A stretch of DNA of 64,000 bases from an uncultured delta proteobacterium (GTDB lineage: Bacteria > Desulfobacterota > Binatia > UBA9968): NCBI GenBank assembly GCA_963727625.1, contig CAVSHR010000012.1, positions 512,001-576,000 of the forward strand. The letters run 5' to 3'. The notes under the pieces were generated by a model that was not told the DNA's origin, made no database searches, and was given only the letters and a program-made list of their open reading frames with translations. A program made the position numbers and the translations under genes. Shown piece by piece: positions 52,151 through 63,107 of the stretch. Each line of letters starts with the position of its first letter. Position 1 is the stretch's first letter.

Positions 52151-52639
52151 CTAATTGAGATACCCGCTGCCGCCGCCTTCGGCTTCTGCCAGCGCGAGAT
52201 TGTGCCGCACTGCATCGAGATGCGGATGAATTTCCAGCGCGCGGCGAAAACAGACCGCCGCTTCGCGGGTTTCGTTTAACGTCATATGGCAAAGCCCCTG
52301 GCCCGACGCCGCGCCGAAGTGATTGAGATTGCGCGCCAGCGTTTGCCGGCAGTCGGCGATCGAGCCGCGAAAGTCCCGGCGCAGGTAACGCACGGTCGCG
52401 CGCTTGTTCCAGCCTTCGGCGAACTCCGGTTGCCCCTCGATCACGCGGGTAAAAAACTCTTCCGACTCTTCGAGCCGGCGATTCTGCAGCGCCTCGACCC
52501 CGGCGCGAAACAACCGATCGGTCTCAGGATCCCCCGAACGGTACCAGCCGCTCCAGAGAATCGCCTCCGCCGTCGCGGCAAGCTCGGGATCGTCGCCTTT
52601 CAATGCTTCAAGCGCTTCTTTCTCGTTGGTAGGATACAT
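52151..52639 (-). CDS. TPR repeat protein
   Basis: PEFAEGWNKRATVRY, HFGAASGQG, ALEIHP. Confidence 0.85.
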   Translation of the reverse strand: MYPTNEKEALEALKGDDPELAATAEAILWSGWYRSGDPETDRLFRAGVEALQNRRLEESEEFFTRVIEGQPEFAEGWNKRATVRYLRRDFRGSIADCRQTLARNLNHFGAASGQGLCHMTLNETREAAVCFRRALEIHPHLDAVRHNLALAEAEGGGSGYLN

Positions 52640-52653
52640 TTGTTGATGAAACC

Positions 52654-52798
52654 CGTTCCAAGTTCAACGTTTAAAGTTCAAGGTCCGGTCCAAGAAACGC
52701 GCCTGTGAGCTCCCTCGGCTTACCCAACCGTACTCCTTAGTTTCAAAGCTTGGACCCAAACCGTCTGGCTTTAAACGTTGGACCTGGAACCTTGAACG
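52654..52798. repeat. Family D periodic inverted repeat, empty
   Basis: cgttccaagttcaacgtttaaagttcaagg ... ctttaaacgttggacctggaaccttgaacg. Confidence 0.7.
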
Positions 52799-52800
52799 AT

Positions 52801-53481
52801 TCATGCATTTTTTCTAATCCACCCTGCCGCCTTTTCGACCAGCGCGTCGAGGGCTTCCTCATCCGAGCGCTTGGCGCTCTTCAACATATGAAACGAATGA
52901 TCGCCGCCTTCGACGACGAATAACTCGGCGCGCTTGCCTACTTTAGCGCACAGCGGCTTGAGCAGTTTGAGCTCCGCGAGCGCGTCGCGCGAGCCTTGCA
53001 GAAAGAGCACGGGAATCTGGACGTCGATTAAATGCTGGCCGCGCTCCGCAGCCGGCCTTCCCGCCGCATGCAAAGGAAACCCGAAGAAAATCAAGCCGCG
53101 CACGCCGTCGAGGGGTTGTTTCGCCGCCGCCAGCGAAGTCATGCGCCCGCCCATCGATTTCCCACCGGCGAACAGCGGCAAATCGCCCGCGACTTTTTTC
53201 GCGGCGGCAACCGCAGCGCGCACGGTGTCGGTAAGCACGGCTTCCGTGTCCGGCCGCTTCGTGCGTTTTTCCATATAGGGAAACTGATAGCGCAGTGTGG
53301 CGACACCGCGCTCCCCAAGTTTCACTGCCGCGTCCTCCATAAATCTGTGGCGCATCCCCGCGCCCGCGCCGTGCGCCAGCAGGAGCATCGCGCGCGCCTC
53401 GACGGGGTTTATCAATAGCCCCGAAACCACACCGGCCTTTTCATTGACCGCGAACTGAACATCCTTGGCGACTTTGCTCAT
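52801..53481 (-). CDS. Alpha/beta hydrolase (KANL3/Tex30-like)
   Basis: AHGAGAG, GGKSMGGR, GFPLH, QGSRD, GDHSF. Confidence 0.88.
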   Translation of the reverse strand: MSKVAKDVQFAVNEKAGVVSGLLINPVEARAMLLLAHGAGAGMRHRFMEDAAVKLGERGVATLRYQFPYMEKRTKRPDTEAVLTDTVRAAVAAAKKVAGDLPLFAGGKSMGGRMTSLAAAKQPLDGVRGLIFFGFPLHAAGRPAAERGQHLIDVQIPVLFLQGSRDALAELKLLKPLCAKVGKRAELFVVEGGDHSFHMLKSAKRSDEEALDALVEKAAGWIRKNA

Positions 53482-53866
53482 CCTGTAATTTCGTCCAATC
53501 AGTAAATTACGTTGCCGACCGTTCTCTCTGTCCGATAGCAGATTATCGACCTATCCACCACTGCCAAAAGCAGGATTTCCGCGTTGAGCGAAACCGAAAG
53601 AATCGGCCACACTCGCATGAGTGGAAGTTACCTTGATCCTGCTTTACGGTCCTCGCCTCGTCGTCTTACGAACCAGCCGCGCGAAGAATTCAATTTTCAT
53701 CGAAAGTTTTCACAACCGTTGAGAGAACGGATTCCATCGGCACGCCCGACCTTGCGATGGCGAGGCAACGGTAAGTGCGCGCCTTTATTTCTTCACCCTT
53801 GACGCTTCTACGGTAGAAATCCCGATGCGGTGGGGATTCACAAGGGCTTGATTCCGGCGGCCGAGG

Positions 53867-55180
53867 TCATCTCATCAGGCTCGGCAGATACTGCGCGAGC
53901 ATTGGAAACAGCATCAAGAGCGCGAGCAAAGTGGCGTCGCACACCAGAAAAGGAAAGGCCGCCGAGGCGACCTGAAAGAGCGTCGTTCCTTGGGGGGCGA
54001 CGCCCAACATAATGTAGAGCAGTAATCCAAAGGGCGGCGTGGTTTGGCTCATCTCCAGGCACAGGAGCACTAACAGCCCGAACCAGACCGGGTCGATTTT
54101 CATGACTCCGATCAGCGGCATTAAAATCGGCACGGAAATCAGGATCATCGAGACCGGGTCCATGAACATGCCGAGCAGCAGCAGCACCGCGAACATGCAC
54201 AGCAGCATCACCGTGACCGACAAGTCGAAGGACTTCAACCAGTTGAGCAATCCGACGCTGGCGCCCGAATAGGCCACCAGCTGGCTGAACACGCTGGACG
54301 AGATGATGATGAAGAACACCATTCCGGCGACCTTCACCGTAGACTCCAAGGACACCCAGATGGCGTTCCAGGTCAGCAGCCGGAATGCGGCAGCCAAAAT
54401 GAGAACGCCCAGGACGCCGAAGGCGGCCGCCTCCGACGGCGTCGCAATCCCCAGGATGATGAAGCCTACGACCAAGAACACCACGACGCTCATGGGCAGG
54501 ACGTTGACGCAGACGGAATGGAACTTTTCGCGCCGAGTCGCGCGCTTGACCTCGTAACCGGGGGCGCCGCTCGGATCGAGGAACAACTGGAGCGCGATCA
54601 TGCCGCAATAGAGAAACGCCAGCAGGAAGCCAGGAATGACGCCGCTGACGAGCAGCCGCCCAACGTCTATGCTGGCGACACTCGCCAGGAGTACGGCGAG
54701 GTTCGATGGCGGAATGATCATGGCTAGGCCGCCGGTGCCCAGAATCGGGCCGAGCGACATGCGCCAATTGTAACCGCGCCGGCGCATCTCCGGTACCATC
54801 AGCGACCCGAGCATCGCCGTATTCGCCATGCTCGAACCGGTCATCGTCGAGAAGGTGGCGCCGCCCGCGACAGTGAGAAAACAGAGCCGGCCCGGAAGCC
54901 GGCCGAACAGTTTGTCGAGCGCGTCAAAAACGCGGACGGCGAGACCCGAATGGAAGAACAGCGCTCCCATTAGGATAAACAGCGGGATGGGAACCAACTG
55001 AAAAGTGGTGATCAGGGCGGTGGAGTTGTCCACCACCTGGGTCAGCCCGCGCTCGCCGCCGATGAATACCAGCGTCGCAATGATGTTCGTCACCATGAAC
55101 GCGATGGCGACAGGAATGCCCAACACCATTGCGCCGACGATCAGACCGAGAAGTAGCGCTCCGGCAACGTACCATTCCAT
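53867..55180 (-). CDS. dctM: TRAP transporter large permease
   Basis: IPLFILMG, GSSMA, IIPPS, ATPSEAAA, TPPFG. Confidence 0.92.
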   Translation of the reverse strand: MEWYVAGALLLGLIVGAMVLGIPVAIAFMVTNIIATLVFIGGERGLTQVVDNSTALITTFQLVPIPLFILMGALFFHSGLAVRVFDALDKLFGRLPGRLCFLTVAGGATFSTMTGSSMANTAMLGSLMVPEMRRRGYNWRMSLGPILGTGGLAMIIPPSNLAVLLASVASIDVGRLLVSGVIPGFLLAFLYCGMIALQLFLDPSGAPGYEVKRATRREKFHSVCVNVLPMSVVVFLVVGFIILGIATPSEAAAFGVLGVLILAAAFRLLTWNAIWVSLESTVKVAGMVFFIIISSSVFSQLVAYSGASVGLLNWLKSFDLSVTVMLLCMFAVLLLLGMFMDPVSMILISVPILMPLIGVMKIDPVWFGLLVLLCLEMSQTTPPFGLLLYIMLGVAPQGTTLFQVASAAFPFLVCDATLLALLMLFPMLAQYLPSLMR

Positions 55181-55183
55181 GGA

Positions 55184-55696
55184 TCACACGCTCTCCTGAA
55201 CCTCAGTGCGGTCGACGTACAGGGTGTCGATGCCCACCAGGTAACGGCCGAACTCGATGGCGACGAGCAGAAAAGCCGGCGCCATCGGCGCATAATTGAT
55301 CCACAAAGGAACGTCGACCGAGCGCTCCTCAAAGCCGCCGGAGCGGATTGCGTCGAGGGTCAGACCTAAACCGATATAGGCGAAAATCAGGCACGTGGCG
55401 ATGCACACGATGTAAACGAATTTCTCGACCAACCAACGAACCCGTCCGCGCAGGTGCGAAATCAGGGCGTCGACGCAGACATGGGCTTTTCTGCGGGTCA
55501 GAAACGGCGCGGCGAAAAGCGTAAAATACAGCAGAATGTATTCGACCACCGCGCTGGTGAACGCCGGCGGCTGCAACCCGACCGCGCGGACGCCGACGTC
55601 GACGACGATGAGAACAAAGGCAAGACCGATCATGGCGCCGGCGACAACCGCCAGCGCCATGACCAGAAAATTGTATGCGGATGCGACGGCCTTCAA
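55184..55696 (-). CDS. dctQ: TRAP transporter small permease
   Basis: 4 TM helices, DV..R, EY, H..VD; between dctP and dctM. Confidence 0.88.
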   Translation of the reverse strand: MKAVASAYNFLVMALAVVAGAMIGLAFVLIVVDVGVRAVGLQPPAFTSAVVEYILLYFTLFAAPFLTRRKAHVCVDALISHLRGRVRWLVEKFVYIVCIATCLIFAYIGLGLTLDAIRSGGFEERSVDVPLWINYAPMAPAFLLVAIEFGRYLVGIDTLYVDRTEVQESV

Positions 55697-55735
55697 TGCG
55701 CGAGGTCCGGTTGGAAGCGAACGATCCCGCGCGAG

Positions 55736-56734
55736 CTATTCCTTGTACATCTTGGCGCGAAGAACCGCGACTTCATCTTTGCTGAGCAGCGAGGCGACGC
55801 GTTTCCACATCGCTTCATAGGCGATATTGAGATACTTCTTCGCTCCCTCCGGCGGCATCTCGAAAATTTGGACGCCCTGTTTCGCGAGCGCGTCGGCGTC
55901 CGCCTTGGCAGCCTTGAGCGTGAAGTCGATGGACTCTTTTTCATATTCCGCGCCCACCTTGAGCAAGATCTCCTGCGCCGGCTTCGGCAGCGCTTTCCAC
56001 CTGTCGAGGTTGATCAGCACCACATTGGCGAGGTGATAGAACGGCGGGTCGACGCGATACTTCACCAATTTGCCGAGACCCTGCGAGGCGAGACCGACGG
56101 TGGGCCAGCCGAATCCCTCGACGACGCCGCGTTCCAGCGCGGTATAAACTTCGGCGGCATTGACGATCTGTACGGGCGTCGCGTGCAGGGCGAGGACGAG
56201 TGGCCGGTACGCTCCCGTGGTGCGGATCTTTTCGCCGGTGAGATCGATCACGCCGTCCTTCAACTTGGGCTTCTTAACCACGTAAAGATGGAACTGTGCC
56301 GAGGTTTCGCCAATGGCGATAATTTTGGCGTTGAGCTTTTTCTCCCAGTTTGGCTCCAGAAGATCGAAGGCCCCGTTGGCGCGATATTCGGCCGGGGTGA
56401 GATTGGTTGCGATTAGCGTCGTGCCCTGGGGAATAATCCCGGCGTGGTAGGCCGTCGGCGTGTGCAGCAAATCGATTGCGCCGCGTTGCACCGCCGGAGC
56501 TGCGCGGTCCGGCGGGTTGACTTCCGGGCCGCCTAAAAAATCGACCCGCACGACTCCTTTGCCCGCGGCATTGAGCTTGGCAACGAAAATCTCTTGAAAA
56601 CTCTTCGCCAAGTCGTGATTTTTCGGCAACGCCGTCTGCGTCTTCAGCACCGCTTCTTCCGCAGACGCGACGGCGCCAAACCCGCACAGAACACCGATGC
56701 TGATTACCAGCTTGAATATTTTTGTGATACGCAT
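55736..56734 (-). CDS. dctP: TRAP transporter substrate-binding protein
   Basis: Signal peptide, GGPE, G.KIR, EVYTALERGVVEG. Confidence 0.9.
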   Translation of the reverse strand: MRITKIFKLVISIGVLCGFGAVASAEEAVLKTQTALPKNHDLAKSFQEIFVAKLNAAGKGVVRVDFLGGPEVNPPDRAAPAVQRGAIDLLHTPTAYHAGIIPQGTTLIATNLTPAEYRANGAFDLLEPNWEKKLNAKIIAIGETSAQFHLYVVKKPKLKDGVIDLTGEKIRTTGAYRPLVLALHATPVQIVNAAEVYTALERGVVEGFGWPTVGLASQGLGKLVKYRVDPPFYHLANVVLINLDRWKALPKPAQEILLKVGAEYEKESIDFTLKAAKADADALAKQGVQIFEMPPEGAKKYLNIAYEAMWKRVASLLSKDEVAVLRAKMYKE

Positions 56735-56890
56735 GAGACCCTCCTGGCAAAAGCGATCACGAAATCGCTTTTCAACCCCGGCTTAAAGAACCCCATCTTA
56801 TCTTCCCGTCTCCCGCTTCCTCCTCTGCTTATCGAATTCGGAATAGCCATCACCGAGCCCATCTTTTCATTCTCGATCACCTACCCCGGA

Positions 56891-56919
56891 CTTGTAGGCA
56901 CGCGGCGGGCTACAGTCAA
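56891..56919 (-). promoter_or_regulatory. Putative sigma70-type promoter upstream of dctPQM
   Basis: TTGACT-N17-TACAAG on the minus strand. Confidence 0.4.
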
Positions 56920-57685
56920 GCCAAATCCGCGCGCTACCGGGGGCGCTTCGCACCGAGAAATTTCTCAAAAAGGATTCGAACTACGGACGGCGCGGGCAAG
57001 GTACGTAAACCCCGCGATCGATGCGTGGCTCGATGTTTATAATGAGGCCTGACGGCAAGGAGAGGATCGAAGAACCTTCGTGGCAGGGATATAAAGACAA
57101 ACGACAGAAACCCGAGTTTCCGCCGACCTAAGAATCCAATCGAAGAGCAAATTTCACTTGAGTGAAACCACAAAGCCTTTCGCAATTTCGCCGAGCGGAA
57201 ATTTGCGGCGCTGTCTCAGAATGTCGATTAGAGGTGCTGGTTGCCCGGAAACGTCACACAACTGCCGTGTCGATTGGCTCATCGAAGTTAACAGCGGAAA
57301 GCCCTAACATTTCTCCGGACTCTCTTGGTCTTCGCCATGAAGCGAAAAACTGCAAGGCCCGCCAGCGGTGCGACAACTAAAAGCAACAATGGAATGGTGA
57401 CGGTTTCCAGCATGATGATCATGTCTAAATGCAACATCGGTACCAACCAAAAATCTATGCAATTCAGCTAGTTATAACAATCACCGCCGCGCCGGGCATG
57501 GCAAGATATGCGAACTCTGACGGATTTGACAATATTTCCGCGGCCGAAATATTCCTTCAAATGAAGCCGCTACGTATCACAAGAGACGCGAGCCAACATA
57601 CTCTCAAAGGAAATTGGAAACCGAAATCTTTCCAATTCGCGGTGCGACATTGTCGTCGCTGTTTTTGCCCGATCCGCGGCTGGCT

Positions 57686-58621
57686 TTAAGTAATTACATA
57701 GCGACGGGAACCCCAATCCAACCACTTTCGGCTCCTCGGGCCAAAAAGAAGAGCCCCCGACATCCCCACTAGATCAATCAGTCTGAGCGCAGGAAATATC
57801 GGCAGCGCCAGTAACATCTGCCAGCGGAAAAGGCCATACTCCTTATATCCTGCACGAAGGCGCTTCCAATCCAGGTTGATTGCGTCTGCGTATAATCGCG
57901 GCGCCGCAAAAATACCCATCGTTAGCTTCCTCGTTTCCTTTAGACCGGCATCCACCCAGCAGACAGCAACGGCGTCGTAGCCCCGTCGCAATCGTTCGCG
58001 CAACGTGGGCGGTAAACCATGAATCACGACGGCCTCTGGCGCCATTATGACGGGCGTCCGAGTCCGGCAGAGCTTTTGAGCATGCAGGTAACACGCGCAA
58101 CGCAGCGGACCTTCAGGCACCGGAAGCCGAATCAACAATTCGCGAAGAAAGGCTGCGTTGTTAAACGCGTAGCAACCAAGGGAACGCACCGATCGAGGCA
58201 AAAGAAAGCCAAAATCCATAATCGAAAGAATCGAAGAAAAAAAGCCCCGCGGATATCTGGAAAAACCGCCGCTCGCTTCTGCACATCCCTTTCGTATCGG
58301 CTCGGTTAGTTTTTCAAGCCAACCCGCGAGCGGAATACAGTCACCATCCAGATAGGCGACAATCTGCCCCCGTGCTTCCCTAGCGGCAAGCATCTTTGCT
58401 TGATCGTAACCCAAGCCATGGGCGTCAAGGCAACGTACAAAGGGAAAATCCGTGTCTATCATTTGTCCTATTTTGGGGTCTCCGCTGGCCTCAACCAAGA
58501 GTATTTCGATCTCTCGCTCGGGACGGCAATATGCGGCAGCCGCAAGGATCGCCGTTCTTAATTCTTGCAGACTCGATCCTTCGAGGTAGTTGAAGGTTTC
58601 GATAACGATGGTGATATTCAT
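57686..58621 (-). CDS. Glycosyltransferase family 2
   Basis: ARGQIVAYLDGDC; overlaps the upstream GT2 stop. Confidence 0.75.
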   Translation of the reverse strand: MNITIVIETFNYLEGSSLQELRTAILAAAAYCRPEREIEILLVEASGDPKIGQMIDTDFPFVRCLDAHGLGYDQAKMLAAREARGQIVAYLDGDCIPLAGWLEKLTEPIRKGCAEASGGFSRYPRGFFSSILSIMDFGFLLPRSVRSLGCYAFNNAAFLRELLIRLPVPEGPLRCACYLHAQKLCRTRTPVIMAPEAVVIHGLPPTLRERLRRGYDAVAVCWVDAGLKETRKLTMGIFAAPRLYADAINLDWKRLRAGYKEYGLFRWQMLLALPIFPALRLIDLVGMSGALLFGPRSRKWLDWGSRRYVIT

Positions 58622-59586
58622 GTCGAAGCCCCGTCAGATTGAGCGACCCGAGCGAATTTTCTTCTCTTCCAAAAACGATAAAACTTTCGAACCAGCGGAA
58701 GATAAGAGAGCGCCCAACGCGACAAATTTTTCCAACCCCAGGGACAATAACCAAACCCAATGCGAAAATATCTTCGCGCTTCTTGGTATTTTCCCAAACG
58801 CAGCAGGACTTTTCCTTGATCCGAATAATACTTGTTATAGTGAGGGAGGAGGCTCGCTTGTTTCTCCGGGCAACCGGCCCACAGCTGCCACAAGTGCCCC
58901 AGCAGCACCAACCAGTTTCTGTTCTTGAATTCGTCTTTAGCCTGGGATGGCAAGATCCGATATTGAACGAGGCTTTGCGACATGAAATGAAATTTATACT
59001 CTTGGGCAAGGCGTCCGAACAACTCGAAATCTTCGTGATAGTGGCCTTTAAATGATGGACTGAATCCGCCCGCGCTCAAGAAAATATCCCGTTTCAGCAA
59101 CACGGTTGACGGATAGGGAAAAGGCAACTTGTTGAAGACCAGGGTGTTGATCGATGATTTGTTCTTACTTGTGCGTCGCTCGATCTGCGTTTTTAGAATT
59201 TGCTTTGCAATCACGTTTCCATTTGCGTCGATGGCGTCCATGTCCGAGTAAACAAACGGGCACGCGCGATACCCGCCCGCCTCGCGCAATTGGAGAGCCA
59301 GTTTATCCGGATGCCAAACATCATCTGAATCCAAAAAAGCGATCCACTCCCCGCTTGCGTGGTTCACCCCTGTGGTTCTGGCCATTCCGGCGCCATGATT
59401 TTTTTGGCGATGGTAGGTGATCGGACCGCAAAAACCCCGTACGATTTTTTCCGTACCGTCTGTGGAACCATCGTCGACGACGATGATTTCGATATCACGA
59501 TAGGATTGGTCTAGTGCGCTCTGGATCGCCTGGCAAATAAAATTTTCACTGTTGTAAGCTGGAATAATGACGCTGACGGTGGGCAT
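58618..59586 (-). CDS. Glycosyltransferase family 2
   Basis: VSVIIPAYN, VVDDGSTDGT, AFLDSDD, EDFEL. Confidence 0.92.
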   Translation of the reverse strand: MPTVSVIIPAYNSENFICQAIQSALDQSYRDIEIIVVDDGSTDGTEKIVRGFCGPITYHRQKNHGAGMARTTGVNHASGEWIAFLDSDDVWHPDKLALQLREAGGYRACPFVYSDMDAIDANGNVIAKQILKTQIERRTSKNKSSINTLVFNKLPFPYPSTVLLKRDIFLSAGGFSPSFKGHYHEDFELFGRLAQEYKFHFMSQSLVQYRILPSQAKDEFKNRNWLVLLGHLWQLWAGCPEKQASLLPHYNKYYSDQGKVLLRLGKYQEARRYFRIGFGYCPWGWKNLSRWALSYLPLVRKFYRFWKRRKFARVAQSDGAST

Positions 59587-59743
59587 GCTTTACATCTCGT
59601 GCCTAAGCTATTTGTCCGGCTTCTACCATCAAGTACATCGAAAAACGTGCTTACCCAACCCTCCTTGAAAGCGCCGCGAACATGCGCGCTGGAGGCGAAA
59701 CGTTGGGCTCGCGGCGTAACATTTAGACTCCCGTACTCGGGTC

Positions 59744-60580
59744 TTATATCGGTTGCCGGCGGATGAAATCGTTGACGGTGTCGATGAACCGCATGGTTTC
59801 CGGCTTGTCGGACGACGGGACCATACGGTGTTCGGCCAAATCATCGAACGTGTGGACCTCGATCTCACCGCCGCGTTTGCGGTAGGACGCGATGAAACGT
59901 TCCTGCATTTCCAGCGGATGGTTTTGGTCGTTCGCCTTCAACAACATGAGAAGCGGTGATAGCTCGACCGACTCACCCTTGTCGAGGATGGTCTGCGGGC
60001 TGCCCTCGGCCATGGCCGCTTCCGTGCCCCAGTAATCGTTATGGGCCTTGATATGCTCCTGGTTGTTGATCTCTTGCGCGTAGCGGAAGCGATAGAGCGG
60101 ACAGATCACCGGCCAGCCGGCGATCACGTATGCCAAACTGGCATTGATCTTCGGATGGCTGGGCAGCGGCAACGCGGCATAAGCCGCGTGGCGCGGGCGA
60201 AGCGCGCTCAGCACGACTTGGTGGCCACCGCTGGAGTTGCCGAAGGCTCCCACATGGGTTGTGCCGTTCACCTCGCCGGCATGAGCTTTGAGCCAGCGGG
60301 TCGCGAGATTCACGTCGCAGATCGAAGCCGGATAACCCACTTCCGGCGGCTGGCGAAATTCCACCGCGGCAACTAAAATGCCCCGGGCGGCCAATTCCCG
60401 ATCGATGCCGGCGTTATTCAACCGGTCGCCGTTATGCCACGCGCCGCCATGCACGTCGATGATGCTCGGGAACGGTCCGGTGCCTTTGGGCTGGTAAATT
60501 CTAAGCAGCCACGGCTTGCCGTTGATGCTCTGATATTCGATGTCCCGTTCCTCGACTTCGTATCTAGGTTTATTTTCCAT
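59744..60580 (-). CDS. Alpha/beta hydrolase (HSL-like esterase)
   Basis: HGGAW oxyanion motif, GNSSGG nucleophile elbow. Confidence 0.85.
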   Translation of the reverse strand: MENKPRYEVEERDIEYQSINGKPWLLRIYQPKGTGPFPSIIDVHGGAWHNGDRLNNAGIDRELAARGILVAAVEFRQPPEVGYPASICDVNLATRWLKAHAGEVNGTTHVGAFGNSSGGHQVVLSALRPRHAAYAALPLPSHPKINASLAYVIAGWPVICPLYRFRYAQEINNQEHIKAHNDYWGTEAAMAEGSPQTILDKGESVELSPLLMLLKANDQNHPLEMQERFIASYRKRGGEIEVHTFDDLAEHRMVPSSDKPETMRFIDTVNDFIRRQPI

Positions 60581-60742
60581 GGCGGCAATCTACCGCCGCA
60601 ACAGGACGCTATGCAAGTCCGTCCCCCACTGCTGAGGAACACTCCTGTCGGAGTAGTCGATCCACGATCCAAAAAACAACGTTGAATTGAGTCCTGGCAT
60701 GCAATAGTTTCGAGCCATCCGGACTACAGGAGGGCACAGGTT

Positions 60743-61732
60743 ATGGAACCGCGAGGAATCGTTTTCACGCCCCAACGCGAGCAGGCGGTCAAGCAGCATC
60801 CTTTCACCGATAAAAAGCGCGCCGCCGAGACCAAGGCCAAGCGCCATCCTCAGACCCGCCGCTTTATGTTCATGCGCGCCGATCATAGCGAACGGGATTT
60901 ACACGACGGTCCGGTGAACCCCGAGCGCATGGACACTGAGAACTGGGAGGGTGCCACCCATTATATTAAGCAAACCGCGCTGCAGATGGGAGCCGACCTC
61001 GTTGGCGTTGCGCCCGTGGATCAATTTGATTTTGTCCGCGGCAGTCAACCTCCGGCCGGCCATACGCGCGCCGTCGCCTTCGCGATCCACATGGACTTCA
61101 ATGAGATGAAGCGGCTCGGGCCGCTGGCGCAGATGGAGGTTCATCGAGTCTATTATCAGTTGTCGGACGTCTCGGTCCGGCTGGCGCAATTCATCCGCTC
61201 CTTCGGCTATCACGCCGTGGGTTATTCCAACGAGGAAACCGCGCTGTTTATTCCACTGGCGTGGAAGGCGGGACTGGGCGAACTCGGCCGCCACGGTTCG
61301 CTGATCACCAAGAAATACGGCCCGAGCGTTCGGCTCGGCGTGGTGACGACCGAGATGCCGCTGATCGCGGAAAGCGCTCCGGCCAACTACGGCTTTGACG
61401 ATCTGTGCCTGCGCTGCAACGCCTGCACGAATTTCTGCCCCGGCGACGCCATCGTGCCACGCAAGCAAGAGGTTTTCGGCACGGTTCGCTGGCACGTCGA
61501 TACGCCGGCGTGCCGGCCCTTCTTCGAAGATTACGAGGGCTGCAAGGTTTGTCTCACCGTCTGCCCCGTCAATGCCCAGACGGAATCCGGCCCGCTTTAC
61601 AAACCATTGATGAAAGGCCTCATGCGCCGTAAGACCAGTGTTAGGGAATTGATCGATGAGTGGCGCGCCGAGGGCGTTAAGGAAGCAGAGGCATTCGGCG
61701 AAGGCTGGCGACAGGACAACGACGGCGACTAA
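60743..61732 (+). CDS. Reductive dehalogenase/QueG-like 2x[4Fe-4S] protein
   Basis: GADLVG, AGLGELGRHG.LIT..YGP.VRL, CLRCNACTNFCP, C-x9-CKVCLTVCP. Confidence 0.75.
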   Translation: MEPRGIVFTPQREQAVKQHPFTDKKRAAETKAKRHPQTRRFMFMRADHSERDLHDGPVNPERMDTENWEGATHYIKQTALQMGADLVGVAPVDQFDFVRGSQPPAGHTRAVAFAIHMDFNEMKRLGPLAQMEVHRVYYQLSDVSVRLAQFIRSFGYHAVGYSNEETALFIPLAWKAGLGELGRHGSLITKKYGPSVRLGVVTTEMPLIAESAPANYGFDDLCLRCNACTNFCPGDAIVPRKQEVFGTVRWHVDTPACRPFFEDYEGCKVCLTVCPVNAQTESGPLYKPLMKGLMRRKTSVRELIDEWRAEGVKEAEAFGEGWRQDNDGD

Positions 61733-61778
61733 AAAACCCTCTAGCGCGACCGGAAGACGATGGGGTTGATCCGTTCAA

Positions 61779-62747
61779 ATGAATTTTGCAATTCTTCGCC
61801 GGCCCCGAACTCAAGCCCTTCTCGACGGCACCGTAAAGCCGGCCGGGCTCTCCGCCCGATGGCTGGCCGTGTCCGACCCGCTGGGCTGGGCGCTGCCGCC
61901 GCACGAGAAACACCGGGATCTCGCCTCGGGCGAGTTGGACGGCGGCGAGATGAGCATCTCATCGTTTGTCCAGGCGAAATCTCGAGGCGCGCCGCTGGTG
62001 GCGTTGCCGATCTTTTTGAAACGCGGCCTGGTGCAGCGGAGTCTTGCTTGTCCCGTAGGCTCCCCGCTGACTTCCCCCGATCAACTGGTTGGCAAAAGAG
62101 TGGGATTGGTGAGTTACACTTCCAGCATGGCAGTATGGATGCGCGGGATTTTAAGCGACGGCTATGGATTCGATTGCTCGAGCGTCCAGTGGTTTACCGT
62201 CAGCGGCTCGTCCGATGCTGCCCAGTCTCTGAATATCCCGGATGAATTTTCGGAGGAAGGGATACAGGCCTGGGAGGAATTGGACGGTTATCCTCACGCA
62301 CTGGACCGCCGGGAGACCTTCCTCCTCTCGCTGCTGAACCAAGGGGCGCTGGACGCTGTCGTTTCTTTCCAGGCCAGGATCGACTGCGAGCGGATGAGGC
62401 CGCTGTTGCATGAGGACAGCCTGTGGTCCCATCCGCTAAATTCACAAATTTACCCGATCAATCACCTCTTCGTGGTCAAAACAGACGTCGTCCACAAGTC
62501 CCCGGCCATCACTGCGTCATTGTTGTCCACCTTTAGGGAAGCGCGCGGATTGTGGAAGAATTATCAGTCGCTGGGCGAGCGGCAGGGATTCGAGAGAGAA
62601 ACGGCGAAGTTGGGTTATGATCCCTTCGCGTATCGTTTGGGCGAAGTGGAGAAGACAACCTTGGAAACGTTCGTCGGTTATCTGGAGAGAGAGAAATTGA
62701 TTTCCCGCAAGCCCGGATTAAACGAACTTTTTTACGACGGGTTTTGA
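61779..62747 (+). CDS. 4,5-dihydroxyphthalate decarboxylase-like (SBP-fold) protein
   Basis: RTQALLDGTVKP, EMSISS, ALPIF..R, L.GKRVG, YPINH. Confidence 0.7.
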   Translation: MNFAILRRPRTQALLDGTVKPAGLSARWLAVSDPLGWALPPHEKHRDLASGELDGGEMSISSFVQAKSRGAPLVALPIFLKRGLVQRSLACPVGSPLTSPDQLVGKRVGLVSYTSSMAVWMRGILSDGYGFDCSSVQWFTVSGSSDAAQSLNIPDEFSEEGIQAWEELDGYPHALDRRETFLLSLLNQGALDAVVSFQARIDCERMRPLLHEDSLWSHPLNSQIYPINHLFVVKTDVVHKSPAITASLLSTFREARGLWKNYQSLGERQGFERETAKLGYDPFAYRLGEVEKTTLETFVGYLEREKLISRKPGLNELFYDGF

Positions 62748-63107
62748 TGTGAGTTGTCATATCGCGGCCTTAGCCAGGTGGCAGCAGGCGTAAGGCAACG
62801 CCGGGCTTTAGACGTTTTTTCCATACGAATCTAAGTTCAGGATTAATATGCGTGTTATGCCGGAGGACGGAAGCCCCGAATCGGGAAAGTCTTTGCCTCT
62901 GGCCACCGCCTGCCAAAGCGTGACCCCAATCCTCCGACCCTGGTGAAGCCCAAGACAATTCACAATTGAGTTTTCCAAACGTCCAACGAAATGGCGCTTG
63001 ATGCCGCATAGAGGCGTTGAGAACGAATGCCCGCGGTGCCTCGCCGAATCCAAGGATACGGCTAATTACTGGGCCTAGGACGAAAAGTCATGATTGGAAA
63101 ATCCACT

